Shown here: positions 52,679 to 63,531 of the stretch, one piece after another
Layout: every line of letters starts with the position of its first letter
How positions within the stretch are numbered: position 1 is the first letter of the stretch
Assembly (NCBI GenBank): GCA_950097015.1
Contig: CATNEN010000031.1
Span: forward strand, 1,984,001-2,048,000
Origin: Macrostomum hystrix
Taxonomy: Eukaryota; Animalia; Platyhelminthes
Direction of reading: 5' to 3'
DNA: 64,000 bases
Program-made: the position numbers and the translations under genes
Notes under the pieces: generated by a model
Databases searched by the model: none
The model's input: the letters and a program-made list of their open reading frames with translations, nothing else
Told to the model about the DNA's origin: nothing

Positions 52679-53375
52679 TGACGAGAAATTGAGATATAGC
52701 TATCATTCGAATTTAACTCTACAGTTCGGTAAAATTTAATTTTTTTCATACCATGTAATGTTGTCGCGCATTTAGTTTACATTTACAGAGACGTAAATAA
52801 TTTGCTACGCTCTAGTCGTGTTGCGGTTCTTTTTGCTTGCATAACAGGCATAAAATTACTGCGCAAACAAACTGAAATGCTAAAATGCGCCAGTGCACCT
52901 AAGTATTTTCATTTCAGCCTAGCTAATGAACTTTTGTAAGCTCCCACCTACAGCCTGGAAACCCAACAGATGTGCCAGGGCTGACTTTCTCCCGTCTAGC
53001 CAGCAAGCCAAAATCGTGTCTTTTCTCGTTTTATTTCCCATTCGATAGTATTTTTCCCCTTTTTTTCTCGTCCCAGTTGAGGCAGCGGCAGTGCTTGCTT
53101 ATCAATCTGAGGCGCATATTTTCTACACAAGATTACCAAATCGGTGCTTTTTTCTGCTGCACTGCTGCTGCTGCAGACGCAGCCTTGTCCTAGCAATGCC
53201 CATCTTCAGTGGGATACATTGCTAATCCGTATTGGTTGTGAGGGATTTTAGTGTAGGCATGAGTTTGACGCCCAGTCAGTCAGCCAGTCAAGGAACTTTG
53301 TGAATAGTATTTTGTGATTTTCTATCATATTTGATCCCTAATTGCTAATACATTGCTACAGGCAATTGCTACAGG

Positions 53376-53595
53376 TTCTCTGATTGGTCAGTAGTTCAAT
53401 GATTCTCTTTGTTCTCTGATTGGTCAGGAGCTCCATGATTCTCTTTGCTCTCTGATTGGTCAGTAGTTCAATGATTCTCTTTGTTCTCTGATTGGTCAGT
53501 AGTTCAATGATTCTCTTTGTTCTCTGATTGGTCAGTAGTTCAATGATTCTCTTTGTTCTCTGATTGGTCAGGAGCTCAATGATTCTCTTTGTTCA
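53376..53595. repeat. 36-bp minisatellite, array 2 (same unit and orientation)
   Basis: Direct reading. Confidence 0.95.
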
Positions 53596-55356
53596 CATTG
53601 TTAGTACAACTTTTTTAATGTGTACTTTAAAAGCGACAGCCTTTTTTCAACTTATTTTTGCGTGAAACCAAAGTACAGATTATAATTCTTCGTTAAAAGT
53701 GATGTTTCTAAGATCAGGTGCCATCTAATGTTAATTTATTATTTTACACAGAGAAGTGACTAGTTATTGTGAGATTTTCTATCATATTTGATCCCTGATT
53801 GGCTAATGCATTGCAACAGGCAATGAGAAGGAGTCCTTTCTACAGAAGGTATTGAATAAAAATCACAGTCAGCAAATCTAGTGCACTAAAGCAATCCTTT
53901 TATATCCCGAATTAGCGAATTAATTTATAGTACCCTTCTCGCGCGGCGAAGTAATTAGTAGGTTACTAGTCCATTAGCTTCTTTTTATTTTAATAACTAT
54001 ACATAACCTCCTGATACTTTATTCTATTAATAGCTTATTTAAGCATACAAACTATTGATTTTATGCTAACTTAATTTAAAAGTAGCCGTTTTCCGTTCTT
54101 ATTTTCGTCGAAAATCAGAATGCATATTTTATTCGAATTCGCGCGATGGTAGTTTAAACAAACAAAAACTTTTTCGACTATGTTTAAAACAAAAACAAAG
54201 GATGAATTGCAATTTGCTATAATTACGAAAAGAAAATTCTGCAAAGTACTTAAGATTTTTTTGCAAACAAATGAAAAACTTTGTTAAAACGGTTTGCGCG
54301 GGTAATTTAAAATGTGATCGAGTCTTCAGCCTGTACAGAAGTTCAGATTTTATCCCATATAAAAATGGCCGAAGCAGTTAGTTATTGAGGCTGCGGGTAG
54401 TTACGGCTCGTATTATCGATGCAATAATCAGATTCCAGCTTATCGCACCATCCAATTTCCAAAAAGTGGCTTATTTTATTCTCTAGCTTGAGACGGACCA
54501 TCTATAAGGCTGAGCCCACAGTCCAGTGATTCGATTATCGGAATGTCGCATTGTGAGATTGGTCGCGCTGACTAAGAATGAGTGAGCATAGACTCAAGTG
54601 TGGAGGTTGAGTTTGTACCCACTTTCTGCAGCAGAGCTCTAAAGTTTCTTATTATTGACCGGCCTCACACAGTATAGAGTGGCTACTAGGCTATAGTGTC
54701 TTTCAAACTGTTGAAAATATCTAGAGAAAAACTAAAAATAGTTCTCAGTTCTTAGACTTGGGCCATATAGGCTTGAAACTAACTCAAATTTCCCATTTTT
54801 TCTTCCTTCACAAGAGTTGCTATTGGAGTTGGACTCAATTGGCCTTCAACTCTTTCTGTTTCATAATCAAGATCCCATTATAGTCGCGTCATCGGCTTGT
54901 AACTCAGTCTCTGTCTCTCTCGCCAGCTCACTGACTCACTCGCTGAGTGTCTGGATGTGACTGGGCGGTGAGTGAGCGACTGCGCGCCTGTGTTTGAAGG
55001 CTACCCCTAGGCTACTTGGGCTAAGAATATTATTGAAGAACGATCTGCTGATTGGCACACGAAATTCTGAGGATAGTTTTTTCTTTCATAGCAAAAGAGG
55101 TGCTATTTTGTTTAGGTGATATAGCTTATATTGTGCAAAACCTCAAGGAAACTATGACCCACCAAATGATCTAGTAGGGGATAAACATACTTATTATTCT
55201 TACACACTTATATAAAAGTTAAAAAATCTGATTGCGCATATTTTTGAAACTTAGTTTTTATTTACACCTTTGTTTTAATTGCTTGTTTTCGCGCGAATTT
55301 AAATACCTTTATATTTCTTTTTTGTGCGCCCGCGCATTTAAATTCTCGCACTTAAG

Positions 55357-55430
55357 AGCCGTCAAAGCACCCGCTGCTGGCCAACGCCACGCGCCTGTCG
55401 ACACCCTGCAGCACGCCTCCGCTGCACCAG
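55357..55430 (+). CDS. Gene C exon 4 (EPSKHPLLANATRLSTPCSTPPLHQ)
   Basis: ctcgcacttaag/gtatat; GC-rich; phase 1-0 bridges exon 3 and exon 5. Confidence 0.65.
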
Positions 55431-55619
55431 GTATATTTCATAGGAGCTAGGCATCTGAATCTGTCAATGCATAGGCTGCACTGCTTCTCTGGTGTATTGT
55501 GTGTGCTTGCGAACCTTGTTTAAATCGAATGGATATCTTTAAATCAGTGGTTGACGTCGCATAAATCTTTACTTTATGAATGTTTATGGGTACCTAGAGG
55601 TCAGTGTTTGCTTATCTCT

Positions 55620-55945
55620 CAACCTTCAGGTCAGCATTAGCCCACTCCATTCACACCTTCAGGTCAGCATTAGCCCTCTCCTATCACACCTTCAGGTCAG
55701 CATTAGCCCACTCCCATCACACCTTCAGGTCAGCATTAGCCCACTCCTATCACACCTTCAGGTCAGCATTAGCCCACTCCCATCACACCTTCAGGTCAGC
55801 ATTAGCCCACTCCCTTCACACCTTCAGGTCAGCATTAGCCCACTCCCTTCACACCTTCAGGTCAGCATTAGCCCTCCCTTCACACCTTCAGGTCAGCATT
55901 AGCCCACTCCCATCCCACCTTCAGGTCAGCATTAGCCATCTGCCA
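55620..55945. repeat. 33-bp minisatellite (ACCTTCAGGTCAGCATTAGCCCACTCCCATCAC)
   Basis: 11-aa periodic pseudo-ORFs. Confidence 0.95.
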
Positions 55946-56309
55946 TGTACCTTCAGACCCTTGCCTTAAAATATCCAATTCTGCTTGTGTGCAGTCTATT
56001 GTATTTGTTCTTTCAAATGCCTAAAGCACGCCTTTATCGCCTAAAATTCAAGAAAATTTTAATTGAGTTGTACCACTTCATATATATATATATACTTAAT
56101 AATTCGTTTTATGTGTTGTGGCCTAACTATTTATAATAGTTAACTAGCAATTTGCACTAATAGAATAATCAACTATATCACGGTTGGATTCACTGATGCA
56201 CTATTATGAATGCAAGCAGTTTTTTGTAAGACTTTTCTATTGAAAACTTAATCATCGGTTTGAATAGTATAATTATACGAGCTACTTAATATTTATAGTT
56301 TATATAGTA

Positions 56310-56650
56310 GTAAAAATTATAATTGCAGGAGGGTTGCGGGCAGTGGCACATCATTTGGCGACACTAGACCCGCAGCCAGCGAGGAGGCAATTCTGCCCAT
56401 TTCGCTGACTCCTGAGCACACACGCACACAGATACCGTACGCAGACACGCTCACACAGGGGTGTATATCTGCCCTGACTTTCTCATCGTCAGGCAGTGTC
56501 CAACTCACTGTGCCTTGGAGGTTGGCCCTCAAGGGCGCAAATTGCACTACAAGCCCCCAGCCTTCTCTCCGCGGCTGCGCCCCAAATGAATGTGGCCTCG
56601 CCGCGGAATCGAGCTCAGGGACCTTGGTGCGAGAGGCAAACGCGTTAACC
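56310..56650 (-). mobile_element. tRNA-derived SINE, copy 8 (A-box truncated)
   Basis: B-box, body and tail in reverse orientation. Confidence 0.9.
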
Positions 56651-56807
56651 GTATAAAAGTATGAAAAATATGAGAAATATGATATTAATTAAACCACAAA
56701 ACTAACCCGCAGTTCAAGATAGACTTAATAGACTTAAAATTAAGAGCACTTGTTGAATCGCCTTCCAACCAATGAGATTTGGACCGCCACCCCGCTCACG
56801 CAATCAG

Positions 56808-57253
56808 GGAGCCTCTCCAGTTGCTGGCAGCGGCCTAACAAACGGTGCCCTGACCAGGTCGCCATTGTTCTCGCAGACGCCGCGTAAAACTGCCGCAGCC
56901 AATCACGGACGAGGCGGCGGCGGCGGTGGCAGCGGCGGCGTCATCTTTGGCGGCCCACAGCCTCCAGCTGTTGCGGCGTCTGTCTCATCAGACATCGCTG
57001 CCACTCTGCCGCGCATCGGCGGAGCTTCTGGCATCGGCGGCGGCGGCGGCGGCGGTGGTGGCCTGGGTTTCGGACCTCGGCCCCCACCGCCGTCGCTAGC
57101 CGAGCCGCCGCATCCGCCGCTGCTGCTGAGTTCGTCGGCTGGTTCAACATCCGCACCCACGGCCGCCGGCTTTGCCACCATGCCCAGGCGGCAGATTGCG
57201 CGAGATTTCGTGGATTCAACGGTGGCCTATGGCAATGCGCCAACTCCCACCAG
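56808..57253 (+). CDS. Gene C exon 5: Gly/Pro-rich low-complexity cytoplasmic region
   Basis: Acceptor ctcacgcaatcag (phase 0; an alternative phase-1 AG lies at 56820); open to donor ACCAG/gtaggc (phase 2). Confidence 0.75.
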
Positions 57254-57612
57254 GTAGGCTATAATATGGTGATTTGGCAATGCGCCAACTCCCACCAGGT
57301 AGGCTATAATATGGTGATTTGGCAATGCGCCAACTCCCACCAGGTAGGCTATAATATGGTGATTTAGCAACGCGCCAACTCCCACCAGGTAGGCTATAAT
57401 ATGGTGATTTAGCAACGCGCCAACTCCCACCAGGTAGGCTATAATATGGTGATTTAGCAACGCGCCAACTCCCACCAGGTAGGCTATAATATGGTGATTT
57501 AGCAACGCGCCAACTCCCACCAGGTAGGCTATAATATGGTGATTTAGCAACGCGCCAACTCCCACCAGGTAGGCTATAATATGGTGATTTGGCAATGCGC
57601 CAACTCCCACAG
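57254..57612 (+). repeat. Intron made of 8 tandem 45-nt GT...AG units
   Basis: Units start at 57254, 57299, 57344, 57389, 57434, 57479, 57524 and 57569; last unit is 44 nt; removal restores the frame (AG+A = Arg). Confidence 0.85.
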
Positions 57613-58159
57613 ACCCGCCGAGCGCTACATCAGCCTGGACGCCAACGACAAGCGCTACGTTGCCCTCACTGGCCAGACCAGCCTGGACTCTTACGCTCCC
57701 GCCGCCTACCGGCCCAGCAATGGCGACTTGGTGCACGTGAGTCCGCCAGTGGTTGCGCCGCCGTCTGCCGTGGCGGCCAGCACAATGTCTCCTAGGTCGG
57801 TGCTGAAGAGCCCCGGGCCTCGGTCGCAACAGTCCAGCAGCGCCAGCAGCGGCGGCACCGCGGCCGGCAGCGGAGGCGGAGGCGGCGGCGGAACCACAAA
57901 ACAGCTGCGGTTCACTCACACCATCACCATGGTAACGGTCAGCCTGTGCATTGTGTCGCTGTGCTACGGCCAGCAGTCTCCAATTGGCTCGAAGACCAAG
58001 CTGGTCAAATTGATCATCCGCATGCCAACTGGGTCTGTGCGGTCAGTTAGCCTGTTCAGCAATGAGACCGCGTCTGGCTGGACTGTTAAGCCGACAGCTG
58101 GCCAATCAGGGCGAGCCAATCCGCCGCTTAACAAATTTTTGGTTGACCTGCCCTATCAG
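57613..58159 (+). CDS. Gene C exon 6: ITAM-like motif, Ser/Gly-rich stretch, hydrophobic segment MVTVSLCIVSLCYG
   Basis: Open frame RPAERYISLDANDKRYVAL...DLPYQ; donor CAG/gtagga, phase 0. May contain the start of a separate gene at ATG 57929. Confidence 0.7.
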
Positions 58160-58238
58160 GTAGGATCGCAGCATCAGTAGGAGTGTTCTAAAGTTTCTGA
58201 TTCTTGAGCATTCTCCTGTACTCCCTGTACTCTGGCAG

Positions 58239-58563
58239 GCTGGCTCCGGTCCGGACTGCGAGCGAGCCGGCTGTCCGTTTGCCTGCCTCCGCACCGGGGC
58301 TCAGCTGATGTGCCGCTGCCCAGTCGGCTTCACCCAGGAGGCCAGCGGTCATTGCCTGCCTGCGGCCCACTGCGGCAGCGGCGTCGGCGGCTTCAGCTGT
58401 CCGCTGGGCAGCGATTGTCGGGACTCTCTAGCGGGTCCGGAGTGCCTGCCCGTTGGTGGCCTGGTCGCCGGCTTCGCCGAGGACTGCGATCTGCCCTGCC
58501 CGGTTGGGCATTATATGTCGCGACCCTGCGATAAAGAGGCCAGAGTAGTCAAGGAGTGCAAAG
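58239..58563 (+). CDS. Exon 7: two EGF-like modules + TNFR-Cys repeat
   Basis: AGSGPDCERAGCPFACLRTGAQLMCRCPVGFTQEASGHCL...CPLGSDCRDSLAGPECL...DCDLPCPVGHYMSRPCDKEARVVKECK; ctctggcag/gtgagt, phase 0-1. Confidence 0.9.
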
Positions 58564-58751
58564 GTGAGTTACAGTGACTGCCATTAATATTATTTAACAG
58601 CTGAATAGCCAGTCTGGCTCTGGCTCTAATACCCTCTGCCTGCTTCACGATAGTTCTCAAACCGAATGACCGATTTCTGTGAAGCTCCATCATATGGGTT
58701 GCAGTTTTGCGCCCTTAACGATGAACTTTCAAAGCCGTCTGATGACAGCAT

Positions 58752-61637
58752 CGTCGAGATATTCAGCAATTCTTGTCGGAGACCCTGGTGACAAGGACAG
58801 CTAGCATTGCTCTGTATAAACCTCTATATAATCAATACAATTCTAGCCGACATTCATTGCTGAGTCTGGTTTCTTCCGATTTTTCGGCGGGTTCTTCTGA
58901 TTCTTCGGCGGTTTCTTCGATTCTTCGGCAGTTTCTTCTGATTCTATGACAGTTTCTTCTGATTCTTCGGTGGTTTCTTCGATTCTTCGGCAGTTTCTTC
59001 TGATTCTATGACAGTTTCTTCTGATTCTTCGGCGGTTTTTTCGATTCTTCGGCGGTTTCTTTCGATTCTTCGGCAGTTTCTTTTGATTCTATGACAGTTT
59101 CTTCTGATTCTTCGGCGGTTTTTTCGATTCTTCGGCGGTTTCTTTCGATTCTTCGGCAGTTTCTTCTGATTCTATGACAGTTTCTTCTGATTCTTCGGCG
59201 GTTTCTTTCGATTCTTCGGCAGTTTCTTCTGATTCTTCGGTGGTTTCTTCGATTTTTCGGCGGTTTCTTTTGATTTTTCGGCGGTTTTTTCGATTCTTCG
59301 GCAGTTTCTTCTGATTCTATGACAGTTTCTTTCGATTCTTCGGCAGTTTCTTTCGATTCTTCGGCAGTTTCTTCTGATTCTTCGGTGGTTTCTTCGATTT
59401 TTCGGCGGTTTCTTTTGATTTTTCGGCGGTTTTTTCGATTCTTCGGCGGTTTTTTCGATTCTTCGGCAGTTTCTTCTGATTCTATGACAGTTTCTTCTGA
59501 TTCTTCGGTGGTTTCTTCGATTTTTCGGCGGTTTCTTTTGATTTTTCGGCAGTTTCTTCTGATTCTATGACAGTTTCTTCTGATTCTTCGGTGGTTTCTT
59601 CGATTTTTCGGCGGTTTCTTTTGATTTTTCGGCAGTTTCTTCTGATTCTATGACAGTTTCTTCTGATTCTTCGGTGGTTTCTTCGATTCTTCGGCAGTTT
59701 CTTCTGATTCTATGACAGTTTCTTCTGATTCTTCGGCGGTTTTTTCGATTCTTCGGCGGTTTCTTTCGATTCTTCGGCAGTTTCTTTTGATTCTATGACA
59801 GTTTCTTCTGATTCTTCGGCGGTTTTTTCGATTCTTCGGCGGTTTCTTTCGATTCTTCGGCAGTTTCTTTTGATTCTATGACAGTTTCTTATGATTCTTC
59901 GGCGGTTTTTTCGATTCTTCGGCGGTTTCTTTCGATTCTTCGGCAGTTTCTTCTGATTCTATGACAGTTTCTTCTGATTCTTCGGCGGTTTTTTCGATTC
60001 TTCGGTGGTTTCTTCGATTTTTCGGCGGTTTTTTCGATTCTTCGGCAGTTTCTTCTGATTCTATGACAGTTTCTTCTGATTCTTCGGTGGTTTCTTCGAT
60101 TTTTCGGCGGTTTCTTCTGATTCTTCGGCGGTTTTTTGATTCTTCGGCAGTTTCTTTCGATTCTTCGGCAGTTTCTTTCGATTCTTCGGCAGTTTCTTCT
60201 GATTCTTCGGTGGTTTCTTCGATTTTTCGGCGGTTTTTTCGATTCTATGACAGTTTCTTCTGATTCTATGACAGTTTCTTCTGATTCTTCGGTGGTTTCT
60301 TCGATTCTTCGGCAGTTTCTTCTGTTTCTATGACAGTTTCTTCTGATTCTTCGGCGGTTTTTTCGATTCTTCGGCGGTTTCTTTCGATTCTTCGGCAGTT
60401 TCTTTTGATTCTATGACAGTTTCTTCTGATTCTTCGGCGGTTTTTTCGATTCTTCGGCGGTTTCTTTCGATTCTTCGGCAGTTTCTTCTGATTCTATGAC
60501 AGTTTCTTCTGATTCTTCGGCGGTTTCTTTCGATTCTTCGGCAGTTTCTTCTGATTCTTCGGTGGTTTCTTCGATTTTTCGGCGGTTTCTTTTGATTTTT
60601 CGGCGGTTTTTTCGATTCTTCGGCAGTTTCTTCTGATTCTATGACAGTTTCTTTCGATTCTTCGGCAGTTTCTTTCGATTCTTCGGCAGTTTCTTCTGAT
60701 TCTTCGGTGGTTTCTTCGATTTTTCGGCGGTTTCTTTTGATTTTTCGGCGGTTTTTTCGATTCTTCGGCGGTTTTTTCGATTCTTCGGCAGTTTCTTCTG
60801 ATTCTATGACAGTTTCTTCTGATTCTTCGGTGGTTTCTTCGATTTTTCGGCGGTTTCTTTTGATTTTTCGGCAGTTTCTTCTGATTCTATGACAGTTTCT
60901 TCTGATTCTTCGGTGGTTTCTTCGATTTTTCGGCGGTTTCTTTTGATTTTTCGGCGGTTTTTTCGATTCTTCGGCAGTTTCTTCTGATTCTATGACAGTT
61001 TCTTCTGATTCTTCGGCGGTTTTTTTGATTCTTCGGCAGTTTCTTTCGATTCTTCGGCAGTTTCTTTCGATTCTTCGGCAGTTTCTTCTGATTTTTCGGT
61101 GGTTTCTTCGATTCTTCGGCAGTTTCTTCTGATTCTTCGGCGGTTTCTTTCGATTCTTCGGCGGTTTCTTTCGATTCTTCGGCAGTTTCTTCTGATTCTA
61201 TGACAGTTTCTTCTGATTCTTCGGTGGTTTCTTCGATTTTTCGGCGGTTTCTTTTGATTTTTTTCGGGGTTTTTTTGATTCTTCGGCGGTTTCATCTGAT
61301 TCTCCGGCGGTTTCTTTCGAATTTTCGGTGGTTTCTTTAGATTTTTCGCAGTTATTTTTCTGATTCTTCGGCGGTTTCTTTTTTCGGCAGTTTCTTTCGA
61401 TTTTTCGGCGGTTTTTTCGATTCTTTGGCAGTTTCTTCTGATTTTTCAGCAGTTACTTTTGATTCTTCTTTTTGATACAATTCTAGCCGACATGGCTACA
61501 TGATTAAATTTTGTGCGCAGAAAGTTAAGACTTAATTTAAAACAAAAAAAGATTTTTAAATTAATTTTTTAAATAAAATTCTATTGATGGCTTTGCCACC
61601 AGACACCCCGACGAGAATCGTTGAATATCTCGACGAT
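58752..61637. mobile_element. MITE-like element (46-bp imperfect terminal inverted repeats) interrupted by a satellite
   Basis: 58751-58796 versus the reverse complement of about 61592-61637: 37/46 identical by hand alignment; about 250 bp without the insertion. Confidence 0.45.
58864..61470. repeat. 2.6-kb T-rich satellite of ~20-21-bp units (GATTCTTCGGCRGTTTCTTYC) with a higher-order duplication
   Basis: Block of at least 600 bp repeated at a 1322-bp offset; flanked by a 19-bp direct repeat. Confidence 0.97.
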
Positions 61638-63112
61638 ACAGATGTTTTGTGATTCTGGAATTTGTTTCATCGGATTGAGCGGAAAGTTCTAGCCCGTGGT
61701 CTGGGTTTTCGTGGCGATTGGTTGAATATTTTAAGATATACAGGAAAAAAGAAAGTTAAGTTAGGGTACCAGATTTTTACTTTGATTTTGCACTTTACGC
61801 CCATTTGTTGGCTCTTATCAACTTAATCGATTATCTACTCCAGCAACCCCGATTTTCCTTCTCTATCTTCGGTGCTATCCAATTGGCCCACACCTTTCTC
61901 TCACCCCTTCCTGACTTCTGATTGGTCGCAGCCTGGCACTAAAATATTGAAGCTTTGTTTCATTTTTTTCTATCCACACAAGGGTCTTTTTAAGTCACAA
62001 ATGAAACGTTCATTATTCTGGATCGATTAATATTTATCAATTAATCAAAGTGGATAGTAAACGCTCCGGGTTTTAATTTCTACCATAATCCCACTCTTAG
62101 CTGTGTTTGACCCCCCCGTTGGTCGAAAATGCTCGCATAGGCGTCCACACGGATGGCAGAATCGATGGTAAAGTACCTAGGGCGACAAAATGGAGGGATC
62201 TCAAGGATAATCGGAATGGAAATCCGAAGGATTATTGCCAACTGTTCGTCTAGCGTTTGCCGAGACTCTTGGGAATCTCTCAGCCGATTGAGCTGAATAG
62301 GATTTTCTTTGAATGAAAGAAGAAAATGGTTTTCTTTTTGTCAAGAAAAGGAGGAATATCCCCTCTCCGGTTCTTATCTTCCCTCGCATGAGTGAGCTGC
62401 CGCCTACTTCTCATTCGGGAATTACACTTTTCTAAGCAATGCGGCCATTCGGCAGGTTTTCCAAGGCTATGTAATGAAACCTTAAAAAATTAAAACATTA
62501 AAAAGTTTTTCTCCTATACGAAACCTTCACGGGCTTCTAGAATTCTGCAAATATTTTTAGTCAGAAGCTGTAAAACACTGGGTACAAATTCCTTAAGCGA
62601 GACCGTCTCTGATACACTGACATATAAATATCTCTATCTATAGGACTAGGTATAGTTCACCCGTCGTAAATTATGGGTCATGCCAGACTTTATGATCGGT
62701 AATTGCTTATTTATTGTTTTTATAAGCCGTCATTCTGTACTACTATGTTTGCATAGTAAGCAGTAGTATGCATGCGCATAGTGCAAAAAAATCCTGTATA
62801 GTATACTTGGCGAAAGTAATGCAGTTTTCTTTAGCAAAAATATATGACCCAAATATTTCCGAGTTCCTGTCATTCTTTCTCTAAACCCCTTGGGATTTTC
62901 TGGGTCTGGCTGGCTGGCTGCCAGTCCATCTTTGCTTTGCCTTAATTATGATTTTTTCTTCACCTTGCATGCGAGGCGGGCAGTTATTGTACAGGTTACT
63001 TTGCGATGATTCACACCTGTTCAAGCCTGATTCTCTGGCTAAGGATTTAGTTTTGTAGGGCTAAATTATGAAATTTGCCATCATCTACAGATCATCCACG
63101 TTGTATGCTCTA

Positions 63113-63502
63113 CATCTACAGATCCTCAACCTTGATCGCTTACATCAGATCTTGAATCTTGAAATCCCCTTATCTACAGATCCTCAATATTGAATCCCCT
63201 ATGTCTACGGATCCTCAATATTGAATCCTCTATATCTACAGATCCTCAATATTGAATCCCCTATATCTTCAGATCCTGGATCTAGAAATCCCAATTATCT
63301 ACAGATCCTCGATCTAGAAATTCCAATTATCTACAGATCCTCAATCTAGAAATCCCAATTATCTACAGATCCTTAATCTAGAAATCCCAATTATCTACAG
63401 ATCCTCGATCTAGAAATCCCACTAATCTACCGATCCTCAATATTGAATCCCCATTATACACAGTTCCTGAAACTTGAATCCCCTTGATTTAAAGATCCTC
63501 AG
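63113..63502. repeat. ~29-30-bp degenerate minisatellite (ATCTACAGATCCTCAATATTGAATCCCCT)
   Basis: Direct reading; ends about 30 bp before the acceptor of the next exon. Confidence 0.9.
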
Positions 63503-63531
63503 TGTCAAATCCCCTCAACCCGCTCCACCAG

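Noticed and set aside
21598-61470. Rule that intronic arrays are oriented pyrimidine-rich on the pre-mRNA strand
   Set aside because: It holds for 21-30 kb and 52-61 kb, but is contradicted by (ATTCT)n at 38.3 kb and (ATCCC)n at 4.7 and 9.4 kb.
62440-62650. Possible non-autonomous Helitron/Helentron-type end sequence
   Set aside because: Only an impressionistic similarity; no diagnostic termini or second copy in the window.
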